DNA of 64,000 bases from Myxococcota bacterium (lineage in GTDB: Bacteria; Myxococcota_A; UBA9160; JAFDDA01): positions 3,136,001-3,200,000 of the forward strand of contig OZ245817.1 in assembly GCA_965228475.1 (NCBI GenBank). Reading direction: 5' to 3'. The position numbers and the translations under genes are program-made. This document shows positions 38,239 to 47,073 of this stretch, piece after piece. The notes below the pieces were generated by a model. The model saw nothing but the letters and a program-made list of their open reading frames with translations. It did not search any database and was not told the DNA's origin. Every line of letters starts with the position of its first letter. Position 1 is the first letter of the stretch.

Positions 38239-38871
38239 GTGACCCACTGGGAGCCGAAGCCCCTGCGCGTAGCCGTCCTGCTCTCCGGCGGCGGGACCAG
38301 CCTCGAGAACCTCTTCGAACACATCGAACGCGGCACGCTCGACGCGCGCATCGTGGCCGTCGTGGCCTCGAAGCCCGGCGCGGGCGGGCTCGAGCGCGCG
38401 CGTCGCCGCGGTGTCCCCGCCATCGCCGTGCCGCGCAAGGGCGCCCCGAGCGTCCGGGAGTTCAACGACCGCCTCCACGAGGCCCTCGCGGACTACGAGA
38501 TCGACGTGGTGGCGCTGCTCGGCTTCCTCTCCCCCTTCGAGCCCCGCGAGCGCTTTCGCCGCTGCACGCTGAACGTGCACCCGGCCCTGATCCCGAAGTA
38601 CTCGGGCAAGGGCTTCTACGGGCACCACGTCCACGAGGCCGTGCTCGCGGCGGGCGAGCGCGAGAGCGGTGCCACGGTGCACTTCGTCGACGACGAGTAC
38701 GACCACGGGCCGATCCTGCTCCAGGAGCGCGTCCCGGTCCGTCCGGGCGACACCCCCGACACCCTCGCGGCCCGCGTCCAGGAGCTCGAGCGCCGCCTCG
38801 TCCCGGAGGCCCTGCGCATGATCCAGCGGGGCGATGCCCGGGCCACCTCGATCCAGGAATCCCTCGGCTGA
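38239..38871 (+). CDS. purN: Phosphoribosylglycinamide formyltransferase
   Basis: AVLLSGGGTSL, LNVHPALIP, GATVHFVDDEYDHGPI. Confidence 0.95.
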   Translation: MTHWEPKPLRVAVLLSGGGTSLENLFEHIERGTLDARIVAVVASKPGAGGLERARRRGVPAIAVPRKGAPSVREFNDRLHEALADYEIDVVALLGFLSPFEPRERFRRCTLNVHPALIPKYSGKGFYGHHVHEAVLAAGERESGATVHFVDDEYDHGPILLQERVPVRPGDTPDTLAARVQELERRLVPEALRMIQRGDARATSIQESLG

Positions 38872-38890
38872 GGCCACCCACGGCACCCGA

Positions 38891-38920
38891 TTGACGGGAA
38901 GCGAAAATTAAGCGAAAGTC
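38891..38920 (+). promoter_or_regulatory. imuA promoter with direct-repeat operator GCGAAAATTAAGCGAAA
   Basis: TTGACG-17 nt-GAAAGT; 24/30 identical to the motif upstream of dnaE2. Confidence 0.75.
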
Positions 38921-38947
38921 TTCCGGGTCAGGAGGTCTGCGCCCCCC

Positions 38948-39697
38948 ATGCGCATTCGACGTCCCGGCATCGCCTCCGGCGCGGCTGCCCCCGTGGCCGC
39001 GGCCGGAGGGGATGCCGGGGCCGTTGCAGCCCTGCTCCGAGATCTCGGCCCCCAGCTCCGCCGCGGGGAGAAGCTCGACGACTCCCTCGCCCAGGCCCGG
39101 GAATCCCTCCCCCGCGACGCCACGGGAATCCCCGGCGTCGATGCCCTGCTCGGGGGAGGCCTCCCCCGCGGCCGCATCCTCGAGATCAGCGGGCCCCGCT
39201 CCTCGGGCCGGACCTCCCTCGCCCTCGGCTGCCTGGCGCGCCTGACCCGCGCCGGCGAGGTGGCCGCCTGGGTGGACGTCGCCGACGCCCTGGATCCGCC
39301 CTCCGCCGAGGCCGCCGGCGTAGTGCTGCAGCGCCTGCTCTGGGTGCGCAGCCCGGGCCTCGCCGAAGCCCTGCGCGCGACGGAGCGCCTGCTCGCCACG
39401 AGCGGGTTCGCCCTGGTCGTGCTCGACCTCGACGCCCCGGCGGCGGTGCCCCGCGCGGGGGACACGGCCTGGCTGCGGCTCGCGCGCCAGGCCTCGGGCT
39501 CGCGGACCTCCCTCGCCCTGCTCTCGCAGGAGCGTCAGGCCGGCGCGTTCTCGGACCTCGCCCTCGAGCTCGAACCCGCGGGCGCGCGCTTCTCGCCGAC
39601 GCCGGCCCTGCTCGAAGGTCTCGCCGCGCGGGCGGTGCTCGTGCGGGATCGGCTCGGCCCCTCGGGCCGGAGCTGCGATCTCGAGCTCACGGCATGA
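38948..39697 (+). CDS. imuA: ImuA/RecA-like mutasome protein
   Basis: TGIPGVDALLGGGLPRGRILEISGPRSSGRTS (Walker A with K to R), AAWVDVADALDPPSA, LLWVR; directly upstream of imuB. Confidence 0.85.
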   Translation: MRIRRPGIASGAAAPVAAAGGDAGAVAALLRDLGPQLRRGEKLDDSLAQARESLPRDATGIPGVDALLGGGLPRGRILEISGPRSSGRTSLALGCLARLTRAGEVAAWVDVADALDPPSAEAAGVVLQRLLWVRSPGLAEALRATERLLATSGFALVVLDLDAPAAVPRAGDTAWLRLARQASGSRTSLALLSQERQAGAFSDLALELEPAGARFSPTPALLEGLAARAVLVRDRLGPSGRSCDLELTA

Positions 39698-41370
39698 ACC
39701 AGCGAGCTCATGGCACGAGCCGGCCCGCGCGCCGCGTGGCGTGCCTGCTCGTCCCGAACCTCCCCCTGGCCGCCGAGCTGCGCGCGCTCCCCGAGCACGA
39801 GCGGGAGGACGGGCGACGCCCCTGGATCGTCGTCTCCGCTCCGGGCTCGCGCGGCTTCGTCGTTGCCGCTTCCCCGGAAGCCAGGCGCCAGGGAATCCAC
39901 GTCGGCGCGCCCGTCGTCCATGCCCGGGCGATCTGCTCGGAGCTCGGCGTGAAGGTCGCCTCCCCGGCGCTGCAGCGCGCGGCACGCGATGCGCTGCTCG
40001 ACGTCGCGCTCTCCTTCTCGCCTCGCGTCGCGGCCGACCCTCCGAGCGCCGGCGCCTTCGCCGGAGAGGCCGCCGTCTTCCTCGACGCCTCGGGCATCGG
40101 AAAGCTCTTCCGCAGCGAGGAGTCCTTCGCTTCGGCGCTGGTCGAACGCGCGGCCTCCCTCGGCCTCCCCGCCCTGGCCTGCGTGGCCGCTTCGCGCAGC
40201 CTCTCGCGCCTGGCCGCACGCCGCCTCACCCTCGAAAGCGAGACCGCCCGCGTCCAGACCGTGCCTCCCGGGCACGAGCCGGACTTCCTCGCCCCCCTGC
40301 CCGTCGACCTGCTCGACCCTTCGGATGCCCTGGCCGCCTCCCTCACGCGCTTCGGCATCCGCACCGTCGGCGCCCTGCTCGCCCTGCCGGCGGCCGGGCT
40401 CACCACGCGGCTCGGCCCCGAAGCCGCCCACCTGCTCGCGCGCATGCGCGGCGAAGCCGCCGAACCGCCGCTCCCGCGCCCGCGCGAGACGCGCTGCGAA
40501 GAGGCCCTCGACCTCGAGCACCCGATCGAGCGCCTCGAGCCCCTCGGCTTCGTGCTGCGCGGCATGCTCTCGCGCCTGGTCGAACGCCTCGAAGTCCGCG
40601 GCCTGGCCGCCGGCCCGCTCGAGCTGCGCATGGAGCTCCTCGGCGGGCGCAGCGACGCCCGGCGCATCGGCGTGGCCGCGCCCACCAACGAAGTCCGTAC
40701 CCTGCTCCGGCTCGTGAACCTCGCCCTCGAGCAACGCTCGCCCGAGGCGCCCGTCGCCGCCCTCGCCCTCGCCACGCGCGGCCGCCCGGCCCGGCGCGAC
40801 CAGCTCGACCTCTTCCGCCCCACCGGCCCGGCGCCCGCCGAGCTTTCCCGCACGCTCGCGGAGCTCGAAGCCCTGTGCGGCGAAGGCCGTGTCGGTGCCC
40901 CCGCCGTGCGCGACGAGCACCGGCCGGACGCCTACGCCCTCACCCCCTTCACGCTCCAGGGCGAAACCGCCCTCGCCGAGCGAACCCGAACGCGCGCCGT
41001 CCGTAGCGGAACAGATCACGAGCGAACCCGAACGCGCGCCGTCCGTACGGGGGCGGAGGCCGTGCGCGAAGGCCCGGGCGTCGCGTACGAAACGGCGGCC
41101 CCGCCCCGGCTCGGCCTGCGTGCGCTGCGCCCCCCGGAGCCCGTCGAGGTGACGGCGCCGGGGGGAACGCCCCAATGGCTGAACGGCCGCATCGCCAGCG
41201 GGCGCATCGTGGCCCGCTCGGGCCCCTGGCGGACCACCGGCGGCTGGTGGTCACCCGAACGCCACCACGCCTTCGACCACTGGGACGTCGCCACGAAGGA
41301 GGGCACGGTCGTGCGTCTGCGTCACGACCGGAAGACCCACCGCTGGGAGATCGACGGCGTGTACGACTGA
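39694..41370 (+). CDS. imuB: ImuB, catalytically inactive Y-family polymerase
   Basis: RVACLLVPNLPL, no catalytic Asp motifs, QLDLF clamp-binding motif, GPWRTTGGWW and C-terminal GVYD. Confidence 0.9.
   Translation: MNQRAHGTSRPARRVACLLVPNLPLAAELRALPEHEREDGRRPWIVVSAPGSRGFVVAASPEARRQGIHVGAPVVHARAICSELGVKVASPALQRAARDALLDVALSFSPRVAADPPSAGAFAGEAAVFLDASGIGKLFRSEESFASALVERAASLGLPALACVAASRSLSRLAARRLTLESETARVQTVPPGHEPDFLAPLPVDLLDPSDALAASLTRFGIRTVGALLALPAAGLTTRLGPEAAHLLARMRGEAAEPPLPRPRETRCEEALDLEHPIERLEPLGFVLRGMLSRLVERLEVRGLAAGPLELRMELLGGRSDARRIGVAAPTNEVRTLLRLVNLALEQRSPEAPVAALALATRGRPARRDQLDLFRPTGPAPAELSRTLAELEALCGEGRVGAPAVRDEHRPDAYALTPFTLQGETALAERTRTRAVRSGTDHERTRTRAVRTGAEAVREGPGVAYETAAPPRLGLRALRPPEPVEVTAPGGTPQWLNGRIASGRIVARSGPWRTTGGWWSPERHHAFDHWDVATKEGTVVRLRHDRKTHRWEIDGVYD
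40977..41047 (+). repeat. In-frame 29-bp direct repeat (42-bp period) in the imuB linker
   Basis: cgagcgaacccgaacgcgcgccgtccgta at 40977-41005 and 41019-41047; encodes ERTRTRAVR twice. Confidence 0.85.
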
Positions 41371-41473
41371 GGGGAACCGGGAGTCCAGCTCCCTGGCTAC
41401 ACGTGAAGCCACCTGGCTACACGCGCGAACGAAAGATGAGCTAAGCCTTGCGCCTCACCCACACGAGGAACCC

Positions 41474-42076
41474 ATGACGGCCGCACTGCGCAAGCGCAAG
41501 AACGAAGCCACGGATTCACCCGACGACCGGCTCGAGTTCCTGCGAGGTTTCTTGAAGCGGCCGAAGGAAGTCGGCTCGATCATCCCGAGTTCGCGCTTCC
41601 TCGAGCGGCGCATCCTCCGCTGCGCGCGGGTCGAAGAGGCCAGGACCGTGGTCGAGCTCGGCCCCGGGACCGGCGGCACCACCCGCGCCCTCCTGCGCGC
41701 CATGCCGAGCGATGCCCGCTTGATCTCGATCGAGATCAACCCGAGCTTCGTCGAGCACATGAAGCGCAACCTCCGCGACCAGCGGCTCACCGTCCTCGAG
41801 GGCAGCGCCACGGACGTGGGCGCCCTGCTCGCCGCCGAGGGCCTCGACGGCGCCGACGTGATTCTTTCGGGGATTCCCTTCTCGACGATGCCCCGCGCCC
41901 TCGGGATCGAGATTCTCGAGAACGTGCGCAACGCCCTGCACCCGGACGGCCGCTTCGTCGCCTACCAGTTCCGCGACCGCGTCGAACACCTCGGCCGCGA
42001 GGTCTTCGGCCGCCCGCGCATCCAGACCGAGATCCGCAACGTCCCGCCGATGCGGGTCTACGTCTTCGACCGCTGA
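41474..42076 (+). CDS. Phospholipid N-methyltransferase (PmtA-like SAM-dependent methyltransferase)
   Basis: FLKRPKEVGSIIPSSRFL, VVELGPGTG, ILSGIPF, FVAYQF, RNVPP. Confidence 0.85.
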   Translation: MTAALRKRKNEATDSPDDRLEFLRGFLKRPKEVGSIIPSSRFLERRILRCARVEEARTVVELGPGTGGTTRALLRAMPSDARLISIEINPSFVEHMKRNLRDQRLTVLEGSATDVGALLAAEGLDGADVILSGIPFSTMPRALGIEILENVRNALHPDGRFVAYQFRDRVEHLGREVFGRPRIQTEIRNVPPMRVYVFDR

Positions 42077-42104
42077 CGGCGCGCCGGCCCGGGCCCGCCG
42101 CCCC

Positions 42105-43070
42105 TCACGGGCAGATGAGGTCGCTCGTGCCGCACAGGTTCTGCCCGAGTTCGATCCCGCCGCGGATCTGATCGTCGTTCTCCGGGTCGCCGTCGTTCTG
42201 GCGAGCGACGTTGTCGATGAGCCCCCAAGTCCGGAGCGGGGCCGGGAACTGCGGCGCCAGGATGCCGTTGTCGAAGCCGTAGCCGTCGTTGAACGTCGCC
42301 ACGTTCCCCTTGGCGAGCCCGCCGGTCGTGTTGCCGGGCCCTCCGCTCAGCGAGAAGCCGTCGCCCCCGTTCGAGCGGGCGGAGTTCCCGATCACCGTCG
42401 ACCCGGCTCCGGCCGAGAAGCCCGAGCCGCCGTTGGCGAAGGACGCGTTCCCGTGGAACGTCGACCCGCTCGAGGCCACGATGCCCGCCGAACCGTTCCC
42501 GTGCGAGGTGCACTTCGAAACCGAGCTGGCGGCCCCGGCCGTGATGCCGAGGGCCCCGTTGGACCCGGCGATCACGTTCGTGACAACGGAGAAGCTCCCG
42601 ACCCGAACGCCGTCGCTGCCGCTCTCGGTGACGATCACGTCCGTGACGATCGCCTCGCTACTGAGGGCGATGCCATCCGCCGCCACGCCGGTCACGCGGC
42701 CGTTCCGCACGGAGGTCCCTCGCTGGTCCGACGAGATCCCGTTGCCGTCCCCGTTGCACTCGGTGTTGATCTGGAACGCCGAACACGTGAGGCCGAAGCC
42801 CGCGAGGTCGAGGCTCACGTCTTCTTCCCTGATCTCGATGAAGTCGGTGCTCTGCGCCCCACCCCCGCTCGACCGCGAGAGGTTGCTCGTCAGGCGGTAG
42901 CTGCCCGAGCGCGTGATCGTCACCGGGAAGCCCGCCGCGTCGCCGATGAAACAGCCGGTCTGGACGGCGCAGGTCTGGTTGATTTCGAGAACGCCGGAAG
43001 CCGCGGCGGGGAGCGGGAACCCGAGGAGCCACGACGACGACACGAGGAGGAGGGAGCGCTTCATCTTCAT
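42105..43070 (-). CDS. Secreted right-handed beta-helix repeat protein
   Basis: Signal peptide (MKMKRSLLL...AAA), FPVTITRSGSYRLTSNL, repeated N-G-x-x-G-(I/F) units. Confidence 0.75.
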   Translation of the reverse strand: MKMKRSLLLVSSSWLLGFPLPAAASGVLEINQTCAVQTGCFIGDAAGFPVTITRSGSYRLTSNLSRSSGGGAQSTDFIEIREEDVSLDLAGFGLTCSAFQINTECNGDGNGISSDQRGTSVRNGRVTGVAADGIALSSEAIVTDVIVTESGSDGVRVGSFSVVTNVIAGSNGALGITAGAASSVSKCTSHGNGSAGIVASSGSTFHGNASFANGGSGFSAGAGSTVIGNSARSNGGDGFSLSGGPGNTTGGLAKGNVATFNDGYGFDNGILAPQFPAPLRTWGLIDNVARQNDGDPENDDQIRGGIELGQNLCGTSDLICP

Positions 43071-43107
43071 CGCGCCATCGTACACCGCGGCGGATCGGCG
43101 GGGGGTT

Positions 43108-44331
43108 CTAGTCCTCGCCGCGCTTGATCTGGTCCGAGAGGCCCGCGCGCTCGGCGGCGCCCGCCTCGCCACGCACGACCGCCGTGCCGCCGAAGCGGTC
43201 CGCGATCTCGTCGAGGGCCTGGTTCAGGCGGGCGCGCCGGCGGCGCCCCTCGGCGTCGAACAGCGGGAGCTGGGAATCGGCGCTCGCCACGAGGTTCGTC
43301 ACGCCGACGCCGAGCAGACGGATCGGCTCCGGCAGGCCCCACTGGCGCAGGAGCGAAGTGGCGAGCGCGCCGATCGTGCGGCCATCGTCGGTCGGGTCGG
43401 GCAGCGTCGCGCGGCGCGTGACGAGCGAGTAGCCGCGCGGTCCGGGCGCGCGCCGGCGCCCGAGCTTCACCTTCAGCACGACCGTGCGGGCGACGAGGTC
43501 GCTCCTGCGCAAGCGCCGCGCGACCGACTCCGCGTGGCGGACGATCGCCCGCTCGAGCCGCTCGAAGTCGTCGACGTCCGTAGCGAAGGTGTTCTCCTCG
43601 CTCATGCTGACCGCTTCGCGGTAGGCCTCGACCTCGCGCACGTCTTCCCCGCGAGCGAGCCGGGCGAGGGAGGTACCCCAGTCTCCAAGCGCCGCGTGGA
43701 TCCGCTTCGAGTCCGCGCGGGCGAGATCGGCGACGGTGCGGAAGCCCGCCCGCTCGAGCCGCTCCCCCGCCACCGGCCCGACGCCCCAGAGCCGGCGGAC
43801 GGGGAGCGGGTGGAGGAACGCGAGCAGGTTCTCGCGCGTCACCTCGAGCAGCCCGTCGGGCTTGGCGGAACCGCTCGCGAGCTTCGCCACCATCTTGATC
43901 GGCGCGAGCCCGACGGAGATGGCGAGGCCCGTCTCCTCCCGCACGGCCGCGCGAAGCCGCTCCGCGACGCCCCGTGCCGGGCCGAGCAGGCGCTCCGTCC
44001 CCGTGAGATCGAGGAAGGCCTCGTCGAGGGAGAGCCCTTCGACGGCCGGCGTGAAGCGCTCGAAGATCTCGAAGATGCGGCGCGATTCGCGGCGGTAGCG
44101 CCGCATGTCGCCCGAGAGGAACACGGCGTCCGGGCAGCGGCGCTTCGCCTCGTAGCCCGGCATGGCCGAGTGGATCCCGAACTTCCGCGCTTCGTAGCTC
44201 GCTGCGGAGACGACCCCGCGCGGGCCGCCACCGCCGACGACCACCGGCCGCCCTCGCAGCTCCGGCCGGTCCCGCTGCTCGACGGAGGCGTAGAACGCAT
44301 CCATGTCCGCATGGGCGATCACGCGTGCCAT
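43108..44331 (-). CDS. dinB: DNA polymerase IV
   Basis: IAHADMDAFYASVEQRD, SYEARKFGI, SLDEAFLD, KPDG, QLPLF clamp-binding motif. Confidence 0.95.
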   Translation of the reverse strand: MARVIAHADMDAFYASVEQRDRPELRGRPVVVGGGGPRGVVSAASYEARKFGIHSAMPGYEAKRRCPDAVFLSGDMRRYRRESRRIFEIFERFTPAVEGLSLDEAFLDLTGTERLLGPARGVAERLRAAVREETGLAISVGLAPIKMVAKLASGSAKPDGLLEVTRENLLAFLHPLPVRRLWGVGPVAGERLERAGFRTVADLARADSKRIHAALGDWGTSLARLARGEDVREVEAYREAVSMSEENTFATDVDDFERLERAIVRHAESVARRLRRSDLVARTVVLKVKLGRRRAPGPRGYSLVTRRATLPDPTDDGRTIGALATSLLRQWGLPEPIRLLGVGVTNLVASADSQLPLFDAEGRRRRARLNQALDEIADRFGGTAVVRGEAGAAERAGLSDQIKRGED

Positions 44332-44389
44332 GGAACCGGAGTCTAGGCGTGCCCCCGAGCGGCCGCCCGCAACGCCGGACGAGCCGGGA

Positions 44390-45139
44390 CTAGGCGCGCC
44401 GCCGCAGCGCGAGCGCCCCGCCGGCCAGCAGCACGAGCGCCGCCGTCGCGGGCTCCGGCACCGGGTCGTAGTCGTAGGTCAGGGTCACCGTCCCGGCCGT
44501 GGCCGAGACGTCGAGGACCGCCTCGAAGTCGTCGACGTTGTCTCCGACGAACATCACCCCGATCGGGAGCGAGACGTAGAGCCCGATCTCCGTCACGGCG
44601 CCGGTCCCGAGGAAGTCCGCAAGCTCGAACTCGCCGAAGGGGGTATCGAGGGTCTCCACGGTCGTCCAGGCGACGAAGTCCCCGAGCTCGTCGAAGCAGC
44701 CCGGATCGAAGCCCCCGTTTCCGCAGGAGACCGCGGCGTTGCCGAACTCGGTGGCCAAGGTTTCGATCACGGATCCCGTCTCCGTGTACCCGAAGAAGAA
44801 GATCGGCTCGCCCAGGAGATCGATGGATGCGTCGTGGGGAAGGGAGTCGTCGCCGATCGCGGTCACCTCGATCGAGAAGTTCCAGCCGTAGTCGAACTCC
44901 GCCTCGAGGGTGACGCTGTTCAGCGTCCCGAGGCTCGGATCGAACTGCATCAGGCCGGAGATGACCGCCTCGCCCAGGAACCCGCCGGAGCCGGTGCTCG
45001 TGATGTCGTAGAAATTGTTCTCTTCGATCGAGCCGAAGGTCCCGGTGGTCGAGATCGTGTCCGCCTGGGCGGCGGCCGGCAGCAGGACGGCGAACGTGGC
45101 AGCGAGAAGCGTGAGGCGAGAGCGGGAGGGCAGCGGCAT
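44390..45139 (-). CDS. PEP-CTERM sorting domain surface protein
   Basis: Signal peptide, acidic body, C-terminal VPEPATAALVLLAGGALALRRRA. Confidence 0.9.
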   Translation of the reverse strand: MPLPSRSRLTLLAATFAVLLPAAAQADTISTTGTFGSIEENNFYDITSTGSGGFLGEAVISGLMQFDPSLGTLNSVTLEAEFDYGWNFSIEVTAIGDDSLPHDASIDLLGEPIFFFGYTETGSVIETLATEFGNAAVSCGNGGFDPGCFDELGDFVAWTTVETLDTPFGEFELADFLGTGAVTEIGLYVSLPIGVMFVGDNVDDFEAVLDVSATAGTVTLTYDYDPVPEPATAALVLLAGGALALRRRA

Positions 45140-45258
45140 CGACGGAGCTCCGGCGACCCTTCCCAGCGAACGCGCAGCCTAACCGGGGCTGCGGAGCCAC
45201 TCAAGGAAAACTCGCCCAAGTCGCTGTTTCTCCAGGACGACTGGGTATCTTCCGGCCC

Positions 45259-47073
45259 ATGAGCCAAGCCGTTGCCGACAGCTTCGACGCCGGGCCCGCC
45301 GCCGGCGTCCAATGGGATCTCACCGACCTCTACGCGGGCGCCGACGACCCCCGCATCGACGCCGACCTCGACCAGGCGAAGGAGCGCGCCGAGCGCTTTG
45401 CGGATGCGCATCGCGGACGCATCGGGGCCCTCGAACCCGCCGATCTCGCGGTCGCCGTCGACGAGCTCGAAGGCATCTCGGAGCTCGTCGGGCGCGCAGG
45501 CGCCTTCGCCGGCCTCCTGTTCGCCCAGGACACGAGCGACCCGCGCCACGGGGCGCTCCTGCAGCACGTCCAGGAGCGAAGCTCCGCGATCCAGAACGCG
45601 CTCGTCTTCTTCGAGCTCGAATGGGTCGGGCTCGACGACGCGGCCGCAGAGGCGCTCCTCGCGGACCCGGCCCTCGCCGGCCGGCGTCACCACCTCGAGA
45701 GCGCGCGGCGCTACCGCCCCCACGTCCTCGGCGAAGCCGAGGAGCAGATCCTCGAAGACCTCTCGAACACCGGCGAGCGGGCCTGGAGCCGCCTCTTCGA
45801 CGAAGTCCTCGGCAGCGCGCGCTTCTCGCTCGAAGACGGCGGCGAGACCCTCGACCTCTCCGAGGAAGAAGTGCTCTCGCGCCTCTACCACCCGGAGCGG
45901 GAGACCCGCCGCCGCGCGGCCGCCTCCCTCACCCAGGGGCTGCGGGCGAACGAGCGCGTGCTCGGCTTCATCTTCAACGTCCTCACGCAGGACAAGGCCA
46001 CGCGCGACCGCCTGCGCAGCTACCCCCATCCGAAGCGCAGCCGGAACCTCGCCAACGAGATCGACGACGAGACCGTGGACGCCCTGCTCGCGGCCACCGA
46101 GCGCGGCTTCCCGACGGTGGCCCGCTACTACCGGCTGAAGGCGAAGCTCCTCGGCCTCGACCGCCTCGAGGACTACGACCGCTACGCCCCGCTCGGCGAG
46201 GCCCAGGGGGTCCGGAGCTTCGATGACGCCCGCCGCATCGTGCTCGACGCCTACGGCGATTTCTCGCCGCGCATGGCCGAGATCGCGGACCTCTTCTTCG
46301 AGCGCCGCTGGATCGATGCGGAGCTCCGCCCCGGGAAGCGCGGCGGCGCCTTTTCCGCGTCGACGGTGCCGAGCGTGCACCCCTACGTGCTGCTGAACTA
46401 CACGGGCAACCTGCGCGACGTGATGACCGTCGCCCACGAGCTCGGGCACGGGGTTCACCAGTACCTCGCCCGCGACCGCGGCCTCTTCGAGCAGGACACG
46501 CCGCTCACCACCGCCGAGACCGCCAGCGTCTTCGGCGAGATGCTCGTCTTCCGCAGCCTCGTCTCCCAGGAGAGCGACCCGCGCAATCGGCTCGCCCTGC
46601 TCTGCGGGAAGCTCGAAGACGCCTTCGCCACGGTCTCGCGCCAGGTCGTGATGACGCGCTTCGAGGAGAAGCTCCACGCGGCGCGCCGGAGCGAGGGCGA
46701 GCTCGCGACGCCGCGGGTGAACGAACTCTGGCTCGAAGCCAACCGGCCGATGTTCGGCGATTCCGTGAATCTCTCCGAAGACTACGGCTACTGGTGGCTC
46801 TACATCCCGCACTTCGTCCACTCGCCCTTCTACTGCTACGCCTACGCCTTCGGCGAGCTGCTCGTGCTGGCGCTGCTCCGCCGCTTCGACGAAGAGGGCG
46901 CGTCGTTCGTTCCGAAGTACGAGGCACTCCTTGCGGCGGGCGGCTCCCAGGCGCCCCCGGCGCTCCTCGCGAAGCTCGGGCTCGACATCACGGACCCGGC
47001 CTTCTGGGACGGTGGCCTCGCCGTGCTCGACGGCATGGTGAGCGAAGCCGAGGAGATCGCGGCCTCGCTCTAG
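45259..47073 (+). CDS. M3 family oligoendopeptidase (PepF-like)
   Basis: WDLTDLY, GKRGGAF, TVAHELGHGVH, AETASVFGE, HFVHSPFYCYAYAFG. Confidence 0.95.
   Translation: MSQAVADSFDAGPAAGVQWDLTDLYAGADDPRIDADLDQAKERAERFADAHRGRIGALEPADLAVAVDELEGISELVGRAGAFAGLLFAQDTSDPRHGALLQHVQERSSAIQNALVFFELEWVGLDDAAAEALLADPALAGRRHHLESARRYRPHVLGEAEEQILEDLSNTGERAWSRLFDEVLGSARFSLEDGGETLDLSEEEVLSRLYHPERETRRRAAASLTQGLRANERVLGFIFNVLTQDKATRDRLRSYPHPKRSRNLANEIDDETVDALLAATERGFPTVARYYRLKAKLLGLDRLEDYDRYAPLGEAQGVRSFDDARRIVLDAYGDFSPRMAEIADLFFERRWIDAELRPGKRGGAFSASTVPSVHPYVLLNYTGNLRDVMTVAHELGHGVHQYLARDRGLFEQDTPLTTAETASVFGEMLVFRSLVSQESDPRNRLALLCGKLEDAFATVSRQVVMTRFEEKLHAARRSEGELATPRVNELWLEANRPMFGDSVNLSEDYGYWWLYIPHFVHSPFYCYAYAFGELLVLALLRRFDEEGASFVPKYEALLAAGGSQAPPALLAKLGLDITDPAFWDGGLAVLDGMVSEAEEIAASL

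Noticed and set aside
41429..41445. Third copy of the imuA/dnaE2 operator (ACGAAAGATGAGCTAAG) upstream of the methyltransferase
   Set aside because: Only about 11/17 match to the core and the second half-site is broken.
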